From Bacteroidales bacterium (GTDB lineage: Bacteria > Bacteroidota > Bacteroidia > Bacteroidales > UBA3663), in NCBI GenBank assembly GCA_045576355.1, contig JAZNGG010000061.1, forward strand, positions 63,727-127,726: a DNA stretch of 64,000 nucleotides, written 5' to 3'. Made by a program: the position numbers and the translations under genes. The notes below the pieces were generated by a model. It ran no database searches and was not told the origin of the DNA. It saw only the letters and a program-made list of their open reading frames with translations. Shown here one piece after another: positions 10,635 to 20,554 of this stretch. The stretch's first letter is position 1. Each line of letters starts with the position of its first letter.

Positions 10635-11630
10635 ATGAGCGAAAGAGTCGATATTCGTGAACTAAACGAATTGATAGAGAGTAAAAGCGCGTTTGTCAAT
10701 ATGCTTACGCAAGGTATGGATCAAGTGATTGTAGGACAAAAACACCTTGTAGAGTCTTTGCTGATTGGTTTATTGGCAGATGGACATATTTTATTGGAAG
10801 GTGTTCCTGGATTGGCAAAAACTTTGGCAATTAAGACTTTGGCATCCCTGGTAGATGCTAAATATAGCCGTATCCAGTTTACTCCGGATTTGCTTCCAGC
10901 GGACGTTATTGGTACGATGGTTTATAGTCAAAAGCGTGAAGAATTTACCGTCAAGAAAGGACCTATTTTTGCTAACTTTGTATTGGCTGATGAGATTAAC
11001 CGTGCCCCGGCAAAAGTTCAGTCTGCATTATTGGAAGCTATGCAGGAGCGTCAGGTGACTATCGGTTCGGAGACTTTTCTTTTGGACAAGCCATTTTTAG
11101 TCATGGCAACGCAAAACCCGATCGAACAAGAGGGAACTTATCCGTTGCCGGAAGCACAATGTGACCGTTTTATGCTGAAGGTTAAAATCGACTATCCCAA
11201 AAAAGAGGAAGAGATGAGGATCGTTGCATCACATCTTTCCGGATTCCGCCAGGAAGTTACTCCTGTGCTTAAAGTCGATGAAGTAATTGATGCTCGCAAA
11301 GTGGTTAAACAAGTTTATCTGGATGAAAAGATAGAGCGTTATATTGTAGATATAGTCTTTGCTACTCGTTATCCTGACATGTATGGGTTGGATAATATGA
11401 AAGATATGATTGCTTACGGAGCATCTCCTCGCGCCTCTATCAATATGGCTTTGGCAGCGCGTGCTTATGCATTCTTAAAACATCGTGGATATGTTATCCC
11501 GGAAGATGTACGTGCGATTTGTCCGGATGTTATGCGCCATCGCATCGGATTAAGTTATGAGGCCGAAGCCAACAATATTACTACTGAAGAGGTGATAGCA
11601 GAGATTCTTAATAAAGTAGAAGTGCCGTAA
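10635..11630 (+). CDS. MoxR-family AAA+ ATPase
   Basis: Walker A 'GVPGLAKT' and 'ADEINRAPAKVQSALLEAMQE'. It is the first gene of a Bat-type operon. Confidence 0.9.
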   Translation: MSERVDIRELNELIESKSAFVNMLTQGMDQVIVGQKHLVESLLIGLLADGHILLEGVPGLAKTLAIKTLASLVDAKYSRIQFTPDLLPADVIGTMVYSQKREEFTVKKGPIFANFVLADEINRAPAKVQSALLEAMQERQVTIGSETFLLDKPFLVMATQNPIEQEGTYPLPEAQCDRFMLKVKIDYPKKEEEMRIVASHLSGFRQEVTPVLKVDEVIDARKVVKQVYLDEKIERYIVDIVFATRYPDMYGLDNMKDMIAYGASPRASINMALAARAYAFLKHRGYVIPEDVRAICPDVMRHRIGLSYEAEANNITTEEVIAEILNKVEVP

Positions 11631-11651
11631 CTTTTTTATTCTTCGTGACCT

Positions 11652-12524
11652 ATGGAAGCATCTGATTTGCTTAAAAAGGTACGTCGAATCGAAATCAAAT
11701 CGCGAGGACTGAGCAAGAATATCTTTGCAGGACAATACCATGCTGCGTTTAAAGGTCATGGAATGAGTTTTGCAGAGGTGAGGGAGTATCAGTATGGCGA
11801 TGATGTTCGCGACATCGATTGGAATGTAACTGCACGTCAAAACAAACCTCATATCAAGATTTTTGAGGAGGAGCGTGAAATGACAACCATGTTACTCATC
11901 GATGTAAGTGGCAGCCGAGAGTTCGGAACGACGATACAGACCAAACAGGAAATGATCACTGAAATTGCAGCGACGATGGCTTTTTCTGCTATCTCTAACA
12001 ATGATAAGATCGGTGTTATTTTCTTTTCTGATCGCATAGAGAAATACATACCACCCCAGAAGGGGCGAAAACATGTTTTGGCTATAATCAGTGAGTTGAT
12101 AAATTTTCAACCGGTACAACGAGGTACAGATTTGTCCAAGGTGATTCGTTATGTGAGCAATGCTCAAAAAAAACGTTGTACGGCATTCTTAATCTCTGAT
12201 TTTGTTGATTCAGGAGATTTTGAGCAGGCGTTGACTATTGCAAACACAAAACATGATATGGTTGCTTTACAAGTTTATGATCGACGTGAAACTGAATTGC
12301 CCAACGTCGGGTTTATGAAAGTTCGTGATGCAGAAACTGGAGTAGAACGTTGGATCGATACCTCATCATCTAAAGTTCGTAAAGCATTCTCTATGTGGTG
12401 GCAAGCTTCTCAAGATAAGGTTCTTAATGCTTTCCTACATAGTAGGGTGGATCATGTAAGCATTGCGACCGATGAAGATTATGTTCCCGCTCTTTTAGCC
12501 CTTTTCAAGCGTAGAGGTTCATGA
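11652..12524 (+). CDS. DUF58 domain protein (MoxR partner)
   Basis: 'REYQYGDDVRDIDWNVTAR' signature plus a VWA-like 'LIDVSGS', placed immediately after moxR. Confidence 0.85.
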   Translation: MEASDLLKKVRRIEIKSRGLSKNIFAGQYHAAFKGHGMSFAEVREYQYGDDVRDIDWNVTARQNKPHIKIFEEEREMTTMLLIDVSGSREFGTTIQTKQEMITEIAATMAFSAISNNDKIGVIFFSDRIEKYIPPQKGRKHVLAIISELINFQPVQRGTDLSKVIRYVSNAQKKRCTAFLISDFVDSGDFEQALTIANTKHDMVALQVYDRRETELPNVGFMKVRDAETGVERWIDTSSSKVRKAFSMWWQASQDKVLNAFLHSRVDHVSIATDEDYVPALLALFKRRGS

Positions 12525-12553
12525 GATGAATCTCATAAAATATTAATAAAAAG

Positions 12554-13561
12554 ATGAATCGAATAAGATATATAGTTGCCGTAGTAGTTGCCATTTTATG
12601 CTCACACGTGTTGTTAGCACAAAATGCATCTGTTAAGGCTTATTTAGACTCAACATATGTCATTATTGGCTCTCCGACAACGATTCACTTGGAGGCAACG
12701 CATGATGCCGGTGACACTTTGCTTTTTCCGGATGTTTTGCAGGGAATAGTGGTGCATGATGACTCCACACAATATAAACTGGAAGTGTATGACAATCCTA
12801 AGACAGATACGTTAGAGTCTTTGGGAGGCAAAGTAACTATCCGTCAGGATATTTTGGCATACGTTTACGATTCTGCAGATCTTTATATCCCTCCCTTTGA
12901 TTTTTTAACACCTCAGGGAGATACTCTGCAATCTAATTCTTTGGCATTGCGGGTTATAGTTCCTTTCGAAGTAGAAGTCAATCCTCAAAAGATTTGTGAT
13001 ATCAAGGAGAATTATTCCCCTCAGTTTGTAATTTGGGATTATGCTTATTGGGTGCTTTTGCCTTTGCTTGTTATTCTTCTTGTTTTAGGCGGAATTTTAG
13101 GTTGGAAACACTGGAAAAAACTTCAGATGCGTAAATCAGAAGGGTATGTTGCTCCGGTTGAGAAGAAAGCTCCTCACTTAGTGGCTATGGAGGCCTTGGA
13201 AGAACTCGGTGAGAAAAAACTTTGGCAACGAGGATTTGATAAGCAGTATTATGTCGAATTGACTGAAATCATTCGCGTATATATCTGTGATCGTTTCACT
13301 CTTCCTGCGATGGAGTTGACTTCCGAAGAGATACTTGCTCGCCTACGTGACCAGGAGGAAGTTTCTAAGTCATGTATGATGAATCTGCGTCAAATCTTTA
13401 CTCAGGCAGACTTAGCAAAATTTGCTAAATATCGTCCTATGGCAGATGATAATGAATTGAGTTTTTTAAATGCTAAAATGTTTGTGAGTCAAACTGTTGA
13501 AGTAAAGAGTGTCGATACTACTCCTGCTGTTGAAGGTGAGGATGAAGTTATTACACAATAA
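12554..13561 (+). CDS. Membrane protein of the Bat cluster (BatD-like N-terminus, DUF4381-like C-terminal region)
   Basis: Signal peptide and a central TM 'YWVLLPLLVILLVLGGILGW'. Sits between DUF58 and batA, as in described Bacteroides bat operons. The family name is from recollection only. Confidence 0.55.
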   Translation: MNRIRYIVAVVVAILCSHVLLAQNASVKAYLDSTYVIIGSPTTIHLEATHDAGDTLLFPDVLQGIVVHDDSTQYKLEVYDNPKTDTLESLGGKVTIRQDILAYVYDSADLYIPPFDFLTPQGDTLQSNSLALRVIVPFEVEVNPQKICDIKENYSPQFVIWDYAYWVLLPLLVILLVLGGILGWKHWKKLQMRKSEGYVAPVEKKAPHLVAMEALEELGEKKLWQRGFDKQYYVELTEIIRVYICDRFTLPAMELTSEEILARLRDQEEVSKSCMMNLRQIFTQADLAKFAKYRPMADDNELSFLNAKMFVSQTVEVKSVDTTPAVEGEDEVITQ

Positions 13562-13586
13562 TCATTAAGTAAAACGTCTATAATAT

Positions 13587-14579
13587 ATGCAATTTGCACA
13601 TTCCGGCATACTGTTTCTTCTCTTGTTGTTGATACCTGCTGTTGCTTTTTATGTTTGGAAGCAAAAACAGGCTCAGGCATCTTTGCAAATACCGACAACA
13701 AGTCCGTTTCAGCGATTGCCACGTTCTTATAAAGAATATCTTCGTCACTTTAATTTTGCTTTGTTGTGCTTGAGTTTTGCTTTTACAATTATCACTTTAG
13801 CACGCCCTCAAAGCACCGATAGTTGGAGTCAGAGTAATACCGAGGGTATAGATATAGTTTTGACTATTGATGTTTCGTATTCGATGCTTACATCGGATTT
13901 TAAACCTAATCGAGTGGAGGCAGCGAAAGATGTTGCAGCTCGGTTTATTGCCGGACGTCCACATGATAATATCGGAATGGTAATCTTCGGAAAGGAGAGT
14001 TATACGATGTGTCCTATGACTTCAGATCATGCTGTAGTAGCCAATCTTTTGAAGAGTGTAACTACAGAGTTGATCGATGGAAGCCAAACTGCTATCGGAG
14101 ATGGACTTGTAACTGCTGTCGGTCGCATTCGTAATGGACAAGCTAAGTCCAAAACGATAATTTTGTTGACAGATGGAACTAATAATGCCGGAGATGTTGC
14201 CCCGATTGATGCGGCTGAAGTAGCCAAAGCAATGGGCGTGAGACTTTATACGATCGGTGTCGGTAGCCGAGATGAGGTGGAAATGCAGGTCGGAACAGAT
14301 CCTTTCGGTCGTCCGATCATGCAACGCGTTAAAGCCGACATTGACGAAGAGACTCTTAAAAATATGGCAAATACGACCGGAGGTCGTTATTTCCGTGCTA
14401 CCGATAAGGCTTCACTATCCAGTATTTTTGATGAGATCGATAAGATGGAGAAGACAAAAATGCAGGTTAGAGAGTTCAGTAGAAAAGAGGAAGAGTATTT
14501 GCCCTATGCTTTAGCAGCATTGTTGTCTCTTCTTTTGCACGTTTTGCTACGAAATTCATTACTTCGTCAAATCCCGTAA
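13587..14579 (+). CDS. batA: BatA, von Willebrand factor type A membrane protein
   Basis: N-terminal TMs, MIDAS motif 'DVSYSM', 'LLTDGTNNAG', C-terminal TM. Confidence 0.85.
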   Translation: MQFAHSGILFLLLLLIPAVAFYVWKQKQAQASLQIPTTSPFQRLPRSYKEYLRHFNFALLCLSFAFTIITLARPQSTDSWSQSNTEGIDIVLTIDVSYSMLTSDFKPNRVEAAKDVAARFIAGRPHDNIGMVIFGKESYTMCPMTSDHAVVANLLKSVTTELIDGSQTAIGDGLVTAVGRIRNGQAKSKTIILLTDGTNNAGDVAPIDAAEVAKAMGVRLYTIGVGSRDEVEMQVGTDPFGRPIMQRVKADIDEETLKNMANTTGGRYFRATDKASLSSIFDEIDKMEKTKMQVREFSRKEEEYLPYALAALLSLLLHVLLRNSLLRQIP

Positions 14580-14589
14580 ACTTTCGATT

Positions 14590-15618
14590 ATGGATAATTT
14601 TCGATTTGCAAATCCGCACCTTCTATGGCTTTTAACCGTGGTGCTTCTCTATATTTTAATCTTTATTGTGTCGCGCCGTGTATGCTCGCACTCCTTAAAG
14701 CGTTTTGGTAATTTGGCATTGCTTCGACCCTTGATGCCGGATGTTTCGGAATTCAAGTTACGCCTGAAATTTGCCCTCCAGATGCTCGCTGTGATTTTTC
14801 TTATTATTGCCCTTGCGCGACCTCAGTTCGGCTCTAAATTACAGACTGTCAAAAAACAAGGTGTTGAAGTCATGGTATGTTTGGACATCTCTAATTCCAT
14901 GTTGGCCGAGGACGTTACCCCCAATCGCTTAGAACGTGCTAAACGTATTTTGTCTCGCCTCTTAGACAAAATGCAAAACGATAAAGTCGGTTTAATCGTT
15001 TTCGCTGGAGATGCATTTACTCAGTTGCCGATTACGAATGATTTTGTCTCTGCTAAAATGTTCCTATCGAGTATAGATCCTAAAATGGTTTCTGTCCAAG
15101 GTACAGCAATCGGAGCAGCTATCAATTTGGCAGTGCGCTCTTTTACCCCTGATGAGTCAACTGACAAAGCCATTATCATCATTACAGATGGAGAGAATCA
15201 CGAAGATGATGCTCAAGGTGCAGCCCAAGCTGCATTAGAGAAGGGAATCAAAGTGAATGTTATCGGTATTGGTTCGACTACAGGAACCCCATTGCCCGAT
15301 GATAGTGGCAGACAAGGTAGTTTCCGTAAGGATCGTGAAGGAAAAACCGTTATGACTCGACTGGATGAGGAGATGGCTAAAGAGATTGCTGCGACCGGAC
15401 AAGGCATATATGCCAGAGCTGACAATACCAATTCGGCTCTTAACGCCATGGCAGACGCTCTGAGTTCTATGAAAAAGAGTGAGTTGGAAAGTCGGATCTA
15501 CGCAGATTATGATGAGAAGTTTTATTGGTTTGTTTGGATGGCATTCCTATGTATCTTCGCAGACCTATTTTTGTTGGATCGCGCCAGCGAAATGTGGCGT
15601 AAGATTAAATTGTTTTGA
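14590..15618 (+). CDS. batB: BatB, von Willebrand factor type A membrane protein
   Basis: MIDAS motif 'DISNSM', 'IITDGENHEDD', TM helices at both ends. Paralogous to batA. Confidence 0.85.
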   Translation: MDNFRFANPHLLWLLTVVLLYILIFIVSRRVCSHSLKRFGNLALLRPLMPDVSEFKLRLKFALQMLAVIFLIIALARPQFGSKLQTVKKQGVEVMVCLDISNSMLAEDVTPNRLERAKRILSRLLDKMQNDKVGLIVFAGDAFTQLPITNDFVSAKMFLSSIDPKMVSVQGTAIGAAINLAVRSFTPDESTDKAIIIITDGENHEDDAQGAAQAALEKGIKVNVIGIGSTTGTPLPDDSGRQGSFRKDREGKTVMTRLDEEMAKEIAATGQGIYARADNTNSALNAMADALSSMKKSELESRIYADYDEKFYWFVWMAFLCIFADLFLLDRASEMWRKIKLF

Positions 15619-15632
15619 AATATTTTTGTCCT

Positions 15633-16391
15633 ATGAATAAGACCATATTGAGCATATTTAGTTTCATTGCTCTCTTTTGGGTGCCGATATCTGCTTCTGC
15701 TCAGAAGCAAGTCCGAAAGTTTATTAATGAGGGCAATAAGCAGTATGAAGACTCCCTTTATTTAGAGTCGGAGATTACTTATCGGAAGGCTGTAAATGTC
15801 AATCCGGAAGATTCTGTAGCTCTCTATAATTTAGGTAATTCGCTTTATCGGCAGCAAAAATTTGATGATGCGATGAAACAATATTTGAATGTTGCTAAAA
15901 AAGCTATAGATGGTGGAAATAAAGCTATGGCAGCTGATGCATATCATAATGCCGGAGATGTATGTATGCTCGCTCAGGATTATGCTAAAGCTGAAGAACT
16001 CTTTAAGCAATCATTGCGTTATGATCCATCAGATCATGAGACTCGCTATAATTTTGTTTTAGCTCAAAAGTTGCGTAAGGAGCAAGAGCAACAACAGCAA
16101 CAAAATCAGGATCAACAGCAACAACAAGATCAGCAAAAGCAGGATCAGCAAAAGGAAGAACAGCAACAAAATGAGCAGGAAAAACAAGATCAACAGCAAC
16201 AACAAGACCAAAATCAACAACAGCAGGAAGATCAGCAACAGCAACAATCTGCTCAACCACAACAAATGAGTGAAGAACAGGCGGAAGCTATCCTTGAAGC
16301 TGCTCAGCAAGATGAGAAAGATGTACAAGAAAAGGTACAGGAAAAATTGATGCAAGCAGTAAAACAGAAACGTACAGATAAGGATTGGTAA
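15633..16391 (+). CDS. batC: BatC, TPR protein with a Q-rich C-terminal tract
   Basis: The ATG at 15633 (MNKTILS.. signal peptide) is preferred over the TTG at 15615. TPR repeats 'YNLGNSLYRQQKFDDAMKQY'. C-terminal Q/D/E low-complexity region. Confidence 0.75.
   Translation: MNKTILSIFSFIALFWVPISASAQKQVRKFINEGNKQYEDSLYLESEITYRKAVNVNPEDSVALYNLGNSLYRQQKFDDAMKQYLNVAKKAIDGGNKAMAADAYHNAGDVCMLAQDYAKAEELFKQSLRYDPSDHETRYNFVLAQKLRKEQEQQQQQNQDQQQQQDQQKQDQQKEEQQQNEQEKQDQQQQQDQNQQQQEDQQQQQSAQPQQMSEEQAEAILEAAQQDEKDVQEKVQEKLMQAVKQKRTDKDW
16081..16266 (+). repeat. CAA/CAG-rich low-complexity tract encoding the poly-Q region of BatC
   Basis: Directly visible runs of caa/cag codons. They generate two long antisense shadow ORFs. 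Confidence 0.9.
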
Positions 16392-16473
16392 CATTTATCC
16401 TCAGTGTTTTTTTAGAAAACTGAGCAGAAAAGGACTTAATTATACCAGCAACATAAAACCTATCAGGTAATAT

Positions 16474-18318
16474 ATGAAAAAATTATTCATTAGTCTCCTT
16501 GCTTTTTGCTTTGTGACGTTGTCGCTTTTTGCAGACGTTACGTTTGTAGGTAAAGCTCCTAAAGCAGTTGTAGAGGGGCAGCAATTCAGAGTAGAGTTTG
16601 TCTTGAGCGATAATGGTTCGGACTTTCGTTGTGATATCAAATCGAGCGGATTGAGAGTTTTGGCAGGTCCGGCTGTATCAACGGGAATGTCCATGACTAT
16701 GAACCAAGGAAAAAGGACTACGTCAATGACCTCAACCTACACTTATTATTTGATGGCAGAGAAGGAGGGAAAATACACCATTCCCGCAGCCTCTGTTAAG
16801 GTCGGCAGTCAGGTTTACACATCTCAACCGATTTCGTTAAATGTACTTCCTCCCGATAAACCGGCTTCGTCTGGAAACTCCTCGGGGAGTGCAGCGCCTA
16901 ACAATGGAAGTCAGAGTAAAGGCATTAGTAAAGACGATGTCCGTCTCAATGTAGATCTTTCCAAGACAAAAGTATATGAGGGAGAGGCTATCTTAGCAAC
17001 TGTAAAGTTGTATTTCCGCAATACAGATATAGAGTATTTAAGCGAAGCGAAGTTACCCGATTTTGCCGGTTTTACAGTTCAAGACATTGAAAATGATAAT
17101 CCTCAGGCTACTCTCGAACGGTTTAATGATATAAATTATCGGATGTATCCGGTAAAGCAATATTTGCTTTTCCCTCAACGTAATGGTACGATCGAGATTC
17201 CGTCTGCTTCGGTAGTTGCTGTTGCTCAGGTGGTTACAACTCGTCGCACGGGAGGATTTTTCGACATGCCTATGGATTTTGTTCAGAATGTTGAAATTCC
17301 GGTTTCATCTTCGGCTAGAAAAGTCACTGTCCTTCCTTTGCCTTCTGGAAAACCCGCTTCTTTTATGGGTGCTGTTGGTCGATTTGACGTTAAGGCTACT
17401 CTCTCTTCTGGTCAAGTTAAAGTAAATGATGCCATTACTTATAAATTGGTTATTGAGGGTGTAGGTAACTTAAAGTATGTAAAGTCTCCTGAAATAGAGT
17501 TCCCCTCTGACTTTGAGGTGTATGATCCTAAAGTTGATGTGTCTGCTAAAAACACTGTCCAAGGGGTAAGTGGTAAGAAAGTTTTAGAATATACGATTAT
17601 TCCAAGACATGCGGGAGATTTTACTATACCTGCGTTAGAGTTTAGCTATTTTGATCCTCGTAGTGAGCAGTACAAGACCATCAAAACTGATTCTTTTTCT
17701 ATAACCGTGGAGAAAGGCGATGGAGATGAGAATGCCTCAGGTGGAGGAGTGGCAGATTTCACCGGACCTCATCAAGAACGCTTGAAGGTTTTGGGGTCTG
17801 ATATCAGATATATTAGAGATATTGATGTCACAGATTTGCAATTAGGATATAATCCATTCTATGGCACGCATATTTACTATTTGTTGCTCTTTATCCCCCA
17901 ATTGCTTTTTATAGTTATAGCACTTATCTATCGTCGTCAATTGAAACTAAATGCCGATCTTTCACGCAAACGTCGTGGAAAAGCCAACAAAGTCGCATCC
18001 AAGAGACTCAAGGAAGCAGCTATAGCATTGAAAGAGAAAAATCCTGCTAGATTCTATGAGGCTATTCATAAAGCTATGTTGGGTTATGTCAGTGATAAAC
18101 TCAGCATACCGATGGGAGAACTTTCTCGGGAGAGTGTAGAACAACAGTTGGTTTCTCATGGAGCTTCAGAGGAATTGGCTCATGAGTTTGTCGATGTACT
18201 ATCTACCTGTGAGTTCGCCCGATATGCTCCGTCATCTGATCATAGAGCAATGGATACACTTTATGAGCGTGCAGGTAAGATCATCGGTATTCTCGATGGA
18301 CAACTGAAGAAAAGGTGA
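16474..18318 (+). CDS. batD: BatD (oxygen-tolerance protein family)
   Basis: Signal peptide, a long beta-rich extracytoplasmic part, TM 'YYLLLFIPQLLFIVIALIY', helical C-terminus. Positioned after batC. Confidence 0.8.
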   Translation: MKKLFISLLAFCFVTLSLFADVTFVGKAPKAVVEGQQFRVEFVLSDNGSDFRCDIKSSGLRVLAGPAVSTGMSMTMNQGKRTTSMTSTYTYYLMAEKEGKYTIPAASVKVGSQVYTSQPISLNVLPPDKPASSGNSSGSAAPNNGSQSKGISKDDVRLNVDLSKTKVYEGEAILATVKLYFRNTDIEYLSEAKLPDFAGFTVQDIENDNPQATLERFNDINYRMYPVKQYLLFPQRNGTIEIPSASVVAVAQVVTTRRTGGFFDMPMDFVQNVEIPVSSSARKVTVLPLPSGKPASFMGAVGRFDVKATLSSGQVKVNDAITYKLVIEGVGNLKYVKSPEIEFPSDFEVYDPKVDVSAKNTVQGVSGKKVLEYTIIPRHAGDFTIPALEFSYFDPRSEQYKTIKTDSFSITVEKGDGDENASGGGVADFTGPHQERLKVLGSDIRYIRDIDVTDLQLGYNPFYGTHIYYLLLFIPQLLFIVIALIYRRQLKLNADLSRKRRGKANKVASKRLKEAAIALKEKNPARFYEAIHKAMLGYVSDKLSIPMGELSRESVEQQLVSHGASEELAHEFVDVLSTCEFARYAPSSDHRAMDTLYERAGKIIGILDGQLKKR

Positions 18319-18379
18319 TTCCATCATATAGTTTATTTTGTTTGTTAAAATTGTTGTAATACAATATATATTGACTTTT

Positions 18380-19210
18380 ATGCGAACTTTTAAAATTTGT
18401 CTATTGTCTCTTATCTGCGGATTGCTCTCTTGTGACATATATGCCCAAGAGACGATCTCTGACTCGCTTCAGGCATCGGCGTCATCCGAGACTTCTACTT
18501 CTCAGTATCCTTTGGAGGCCAATGAAGCCTTGTCTCGTTTTCGCGCTAATTATGACGATGCCAATTATGCCGAAGCTATTGCCATTGGAGAACAAGTTGC
18601 TAAGGATTTTGGTGTCAGTCCAGGACTATATTATAATTTGGGTAATGCCTATTATAAAAATAAGCAGTATGCTCAAGCTATCTTGAACTATGAGCGTTGC
18701 CTTTTGATGGATCCTTCCAATAATGATGCTCGTACTAATTTGGAGTTGGCGCAAATGCAGACTATTGATAAAATTGAGAGTATTTCTCCAACGATTTTTG
18801 AGCTTTGGTCCGATGCTTTACGCAATCAACTGAGTGAATCTGCTTGGTCATATCTTGCTGTTTCATTTGTTTTTCTTTTTGTAATTTCCCTTTTTGTTTA
18901 TTTTTTCTCTCATCGACGCATATTGCGTAAAGTGGGCTTCTTTGGCGCCTTTTTTAGTCTTTTGTTTGCCATTCTTGCCCATTATTATGCCGGGGAACAA
19001 TATGAACATCTTACATCTCGTAATGAGGCTATCGTAATGTCTCCTTCTGTAACAGTGCGTTATAGTCCGGCAGAATCCGGAGTTAAGGCTTTTACACTTC
19101 ATGAAGGAACTAAAGTTAAAGTGAGAGAAACCTTAGGCGAATGGTCTGAAATAGAACTTTCAGATGGGAGTGTAGGGTGGATCCCTTCTGTTCATATAGA
19201 GAGGATTTGA
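18380..19210 (+). CDS. batE: BatE, TPR plus C-terminal SH3-like domain protein
   Basis: The ATG at 18380 (MRTFKICLLSL..) gives a signal peptide. TPR 'YYNLGNAYYKNKQYAQAI', two TMs, C-terminal 'GEWSEIELSDGSVGWIPSVHIERI'. Confidence 0.75.
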   Translation: MRTFKICLLSLICGLLSCDIYAQETISDSLQASASSETSTSQYPLEANEALSRFRANYDDANYAEAIAIGEQVAKDFGVSPGLYYNLGNAYYKNKQYAQAILNYERCLLMDPSNNDARTNLELAQMQTIDKIESISPTIFELWSDALRNQLSESAWSYLAVSFVFLFVISLFVYFFSHRRILRKVGFFGAFFSLLFAILAHYYAGEQYEHLTSRNEAIVMSPSVTVRYSPAESGVKAFTLHEGTKVKVRETLGEWSEIELSDGSVGWIPSVHIERI

Positions 19211-19240
19211 CGCGTTATAAGATCTGCTACTATAAGAAAA

Positions 19241-19296
19241 GAAACGAAGCAAGGATAGCTATAGCAAAAATCCTTTGCTTCGTTTCTTTTCTTTTT
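19241..19296 (+). terminator. Intrinsic terminator of the bat operon
   Basis: Stem GAAACGAAGCAAGGA (19241-19255) pairs with TCCTTTGCTTCGTTTC (19271-19286), one bulge, followed by TTTTCTTTTT. Confidence 0.7.
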
Positions 19297-19368
19297 GGGG
19301 GGATGTGTAATGTTGTTATAATGGTCCTTTGTCTGCCTTTGTATAATAGGTTTAAACTATCTATAACA

Positions 19369-19428
19369 AACACAGCACGCTGAGTAAGTGAACTGTGCGC
19401 TATGCAAGGCAACGCAGCGTGCTGTGTT
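19369..19428 (-). terminator. Hairpin downstream of the araC-type gene
   Basis: Perfect 14-bp inverted repeat AACACAGCACGCTG / CAGCGTGCTGTGTT with a 32-nt loop. On the minus strand it is followed by TTTGTTAT. Confidence 0.45.
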
Positions 19429-19433
19429 AGATT

Positions 19434-20351
19434 TCAATTTGAGGCATTCTTTTTGTTTTGTCTATATATCTTTGGAGCTAACCCTAAGTGTTTTTTGACA
19501 TATCTGCCAAAAAAAGAGAGATTGGGAAAATCAAATTCTCCGGCAATTTCTTTGATGGTTTTATCAGAGTGAAGCAGTTGGAACTTTATCAATTGTGCGA
19601 CATGAATATTGATTAATTCTGAAGCCGTTAGTCCGCTAATTCTTTTGCTCACATTGGAGACATATTTGGCTGTGTAACAAAGCTTGTCTGCAAAGTAAGC
19701 TACATCTCGATGCTTACCATTGTCTTCTCTGATTAAATGATTAAACTGATTGAATAAATGTTCCGGTGCACTATAGTTAAAGGAATAGTCCAGATCTTCT
19801 TGTTTGTGTTCTGACTGGTAGATGTCTGCCAGATCTATTATAAGAGCAGAGAATAGATGTCTGATAATCATTTTATGGAATGGCCCTTTGTTGATAAATT
19901 GCTCGCATATTAAATCTGAATATAATTGGAATTTTCCTTTATATTTCCCTAAATCATTGAAACTTCTAATTGGGATCTCTTCTTTTTTAAGATATTTGAT
20001 AAATTTCCATCCATTATTCTTGTTTGTGGGAATTAAATTGGAGATGAATCCGGTTGTCATACATAGTTCGACAACGTTAGAGTTGGAGGATTGTACCCAA
20101 TCATTGATGATTAATCCCGGTAGATATAAAAAGTGTTCACCGGCTTGCATTCTATTGTGTTTCCCATTTACATTAAACTCTATAAATCCCTCCTTGCATG
20201 ATATCACCGCAAGGAAATTCATCCTGAATGCTTCGGGTAAGCTTTTTAAAAAACCTGATGTAATGACGATATCTTCATCGTCAAATATGATGGACTCTTT
20301 GCTCTTTTTTAGGTCGCTGAATGAAAATATTTCTAATGAGTTATTTGTCAT
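19434..20351 (-). CDS. AraC-family transcriptional regulator
   Basis: C-terminal double HTH ('..IKEIAGEFDFPNLSFFGRYVKKHLGLAPKIYR') and an N-terminal cupin-like region. Confidence 0.85.
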   Translation of the reverse strand: MTNNSLEIFSFSDLKKSKESIIFDDEDIVITSGFLKSLPEAFRMNFLAVISCKEGFIEFNVNGKHNRMQAGEHFLYLPGLIINDWVQSSNSNVVELCMTTGFISNLIPTNKNNGWKFIKYLKKEEIPIRSFNDLGKYKGKFQLYSDLICEQFINKGPFHKMIIRHLFSALIIDLADIYQSEHKQEDLDYSFNYSAPEHLFNQFNHLIREDNGKHRDVAYFADKLCYTAKYVSNVSKRISGLTASELINIHVAQLIKFQLLHSDKTIKEIAGEFDFPNLSFFGRYVKKHLGLAPKIYRQNKKNASN

Positions 20352-20392
20352 TTTTTTATTTATTTTGTTGAATAAGTATTGTAATTGTGGGG

Positions 20393-20400
20393 CAAAGATA
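20393..20400 (-). promoter_or_regulatory. -7 box (TATCTTTG on the minus strand) for the araC-type gene
   Basis: Plus-strand CAAAGATA, 42 nt upstream of the ATG at 20351. Confidence 0.45.
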
Positions 20401-20540
20401 GAAAAATGTATTTTATAGTTGTTGTTTGTATTATCCTTTCATGTGTTCTAAATTTCCTTTTGTAAAATTTCAAATAGGACACCGGATAAAAAGAACATTT
20501 TTGAAGTAGAATTTCTTACCTCTTTCTCATTACGAACCCT

Positions 20541-20548
20541 TATCTTTG
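20541..20548 (+). promoter_or_regulatory. Orphan -7 box (TATCTTTG) with no ORF of 60 aa or more downstream
   Basis: Exact TAnnTTTG, 303 nt upstream of gyrB. Two terminator-like hairpins lie between it and gyrB. Confidence 0.4.
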
Positions 20549-20554
20549 CTGCGA

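Noticed and set aside
16003-16394. ORFs 16003..16260 (-) and 16059..16394 (-), L-rich / V-A-D-rich
   Set aside because: They are the antisense reading of the CAA/CAG poly-Q tract of batC, a purely compositional artefact.
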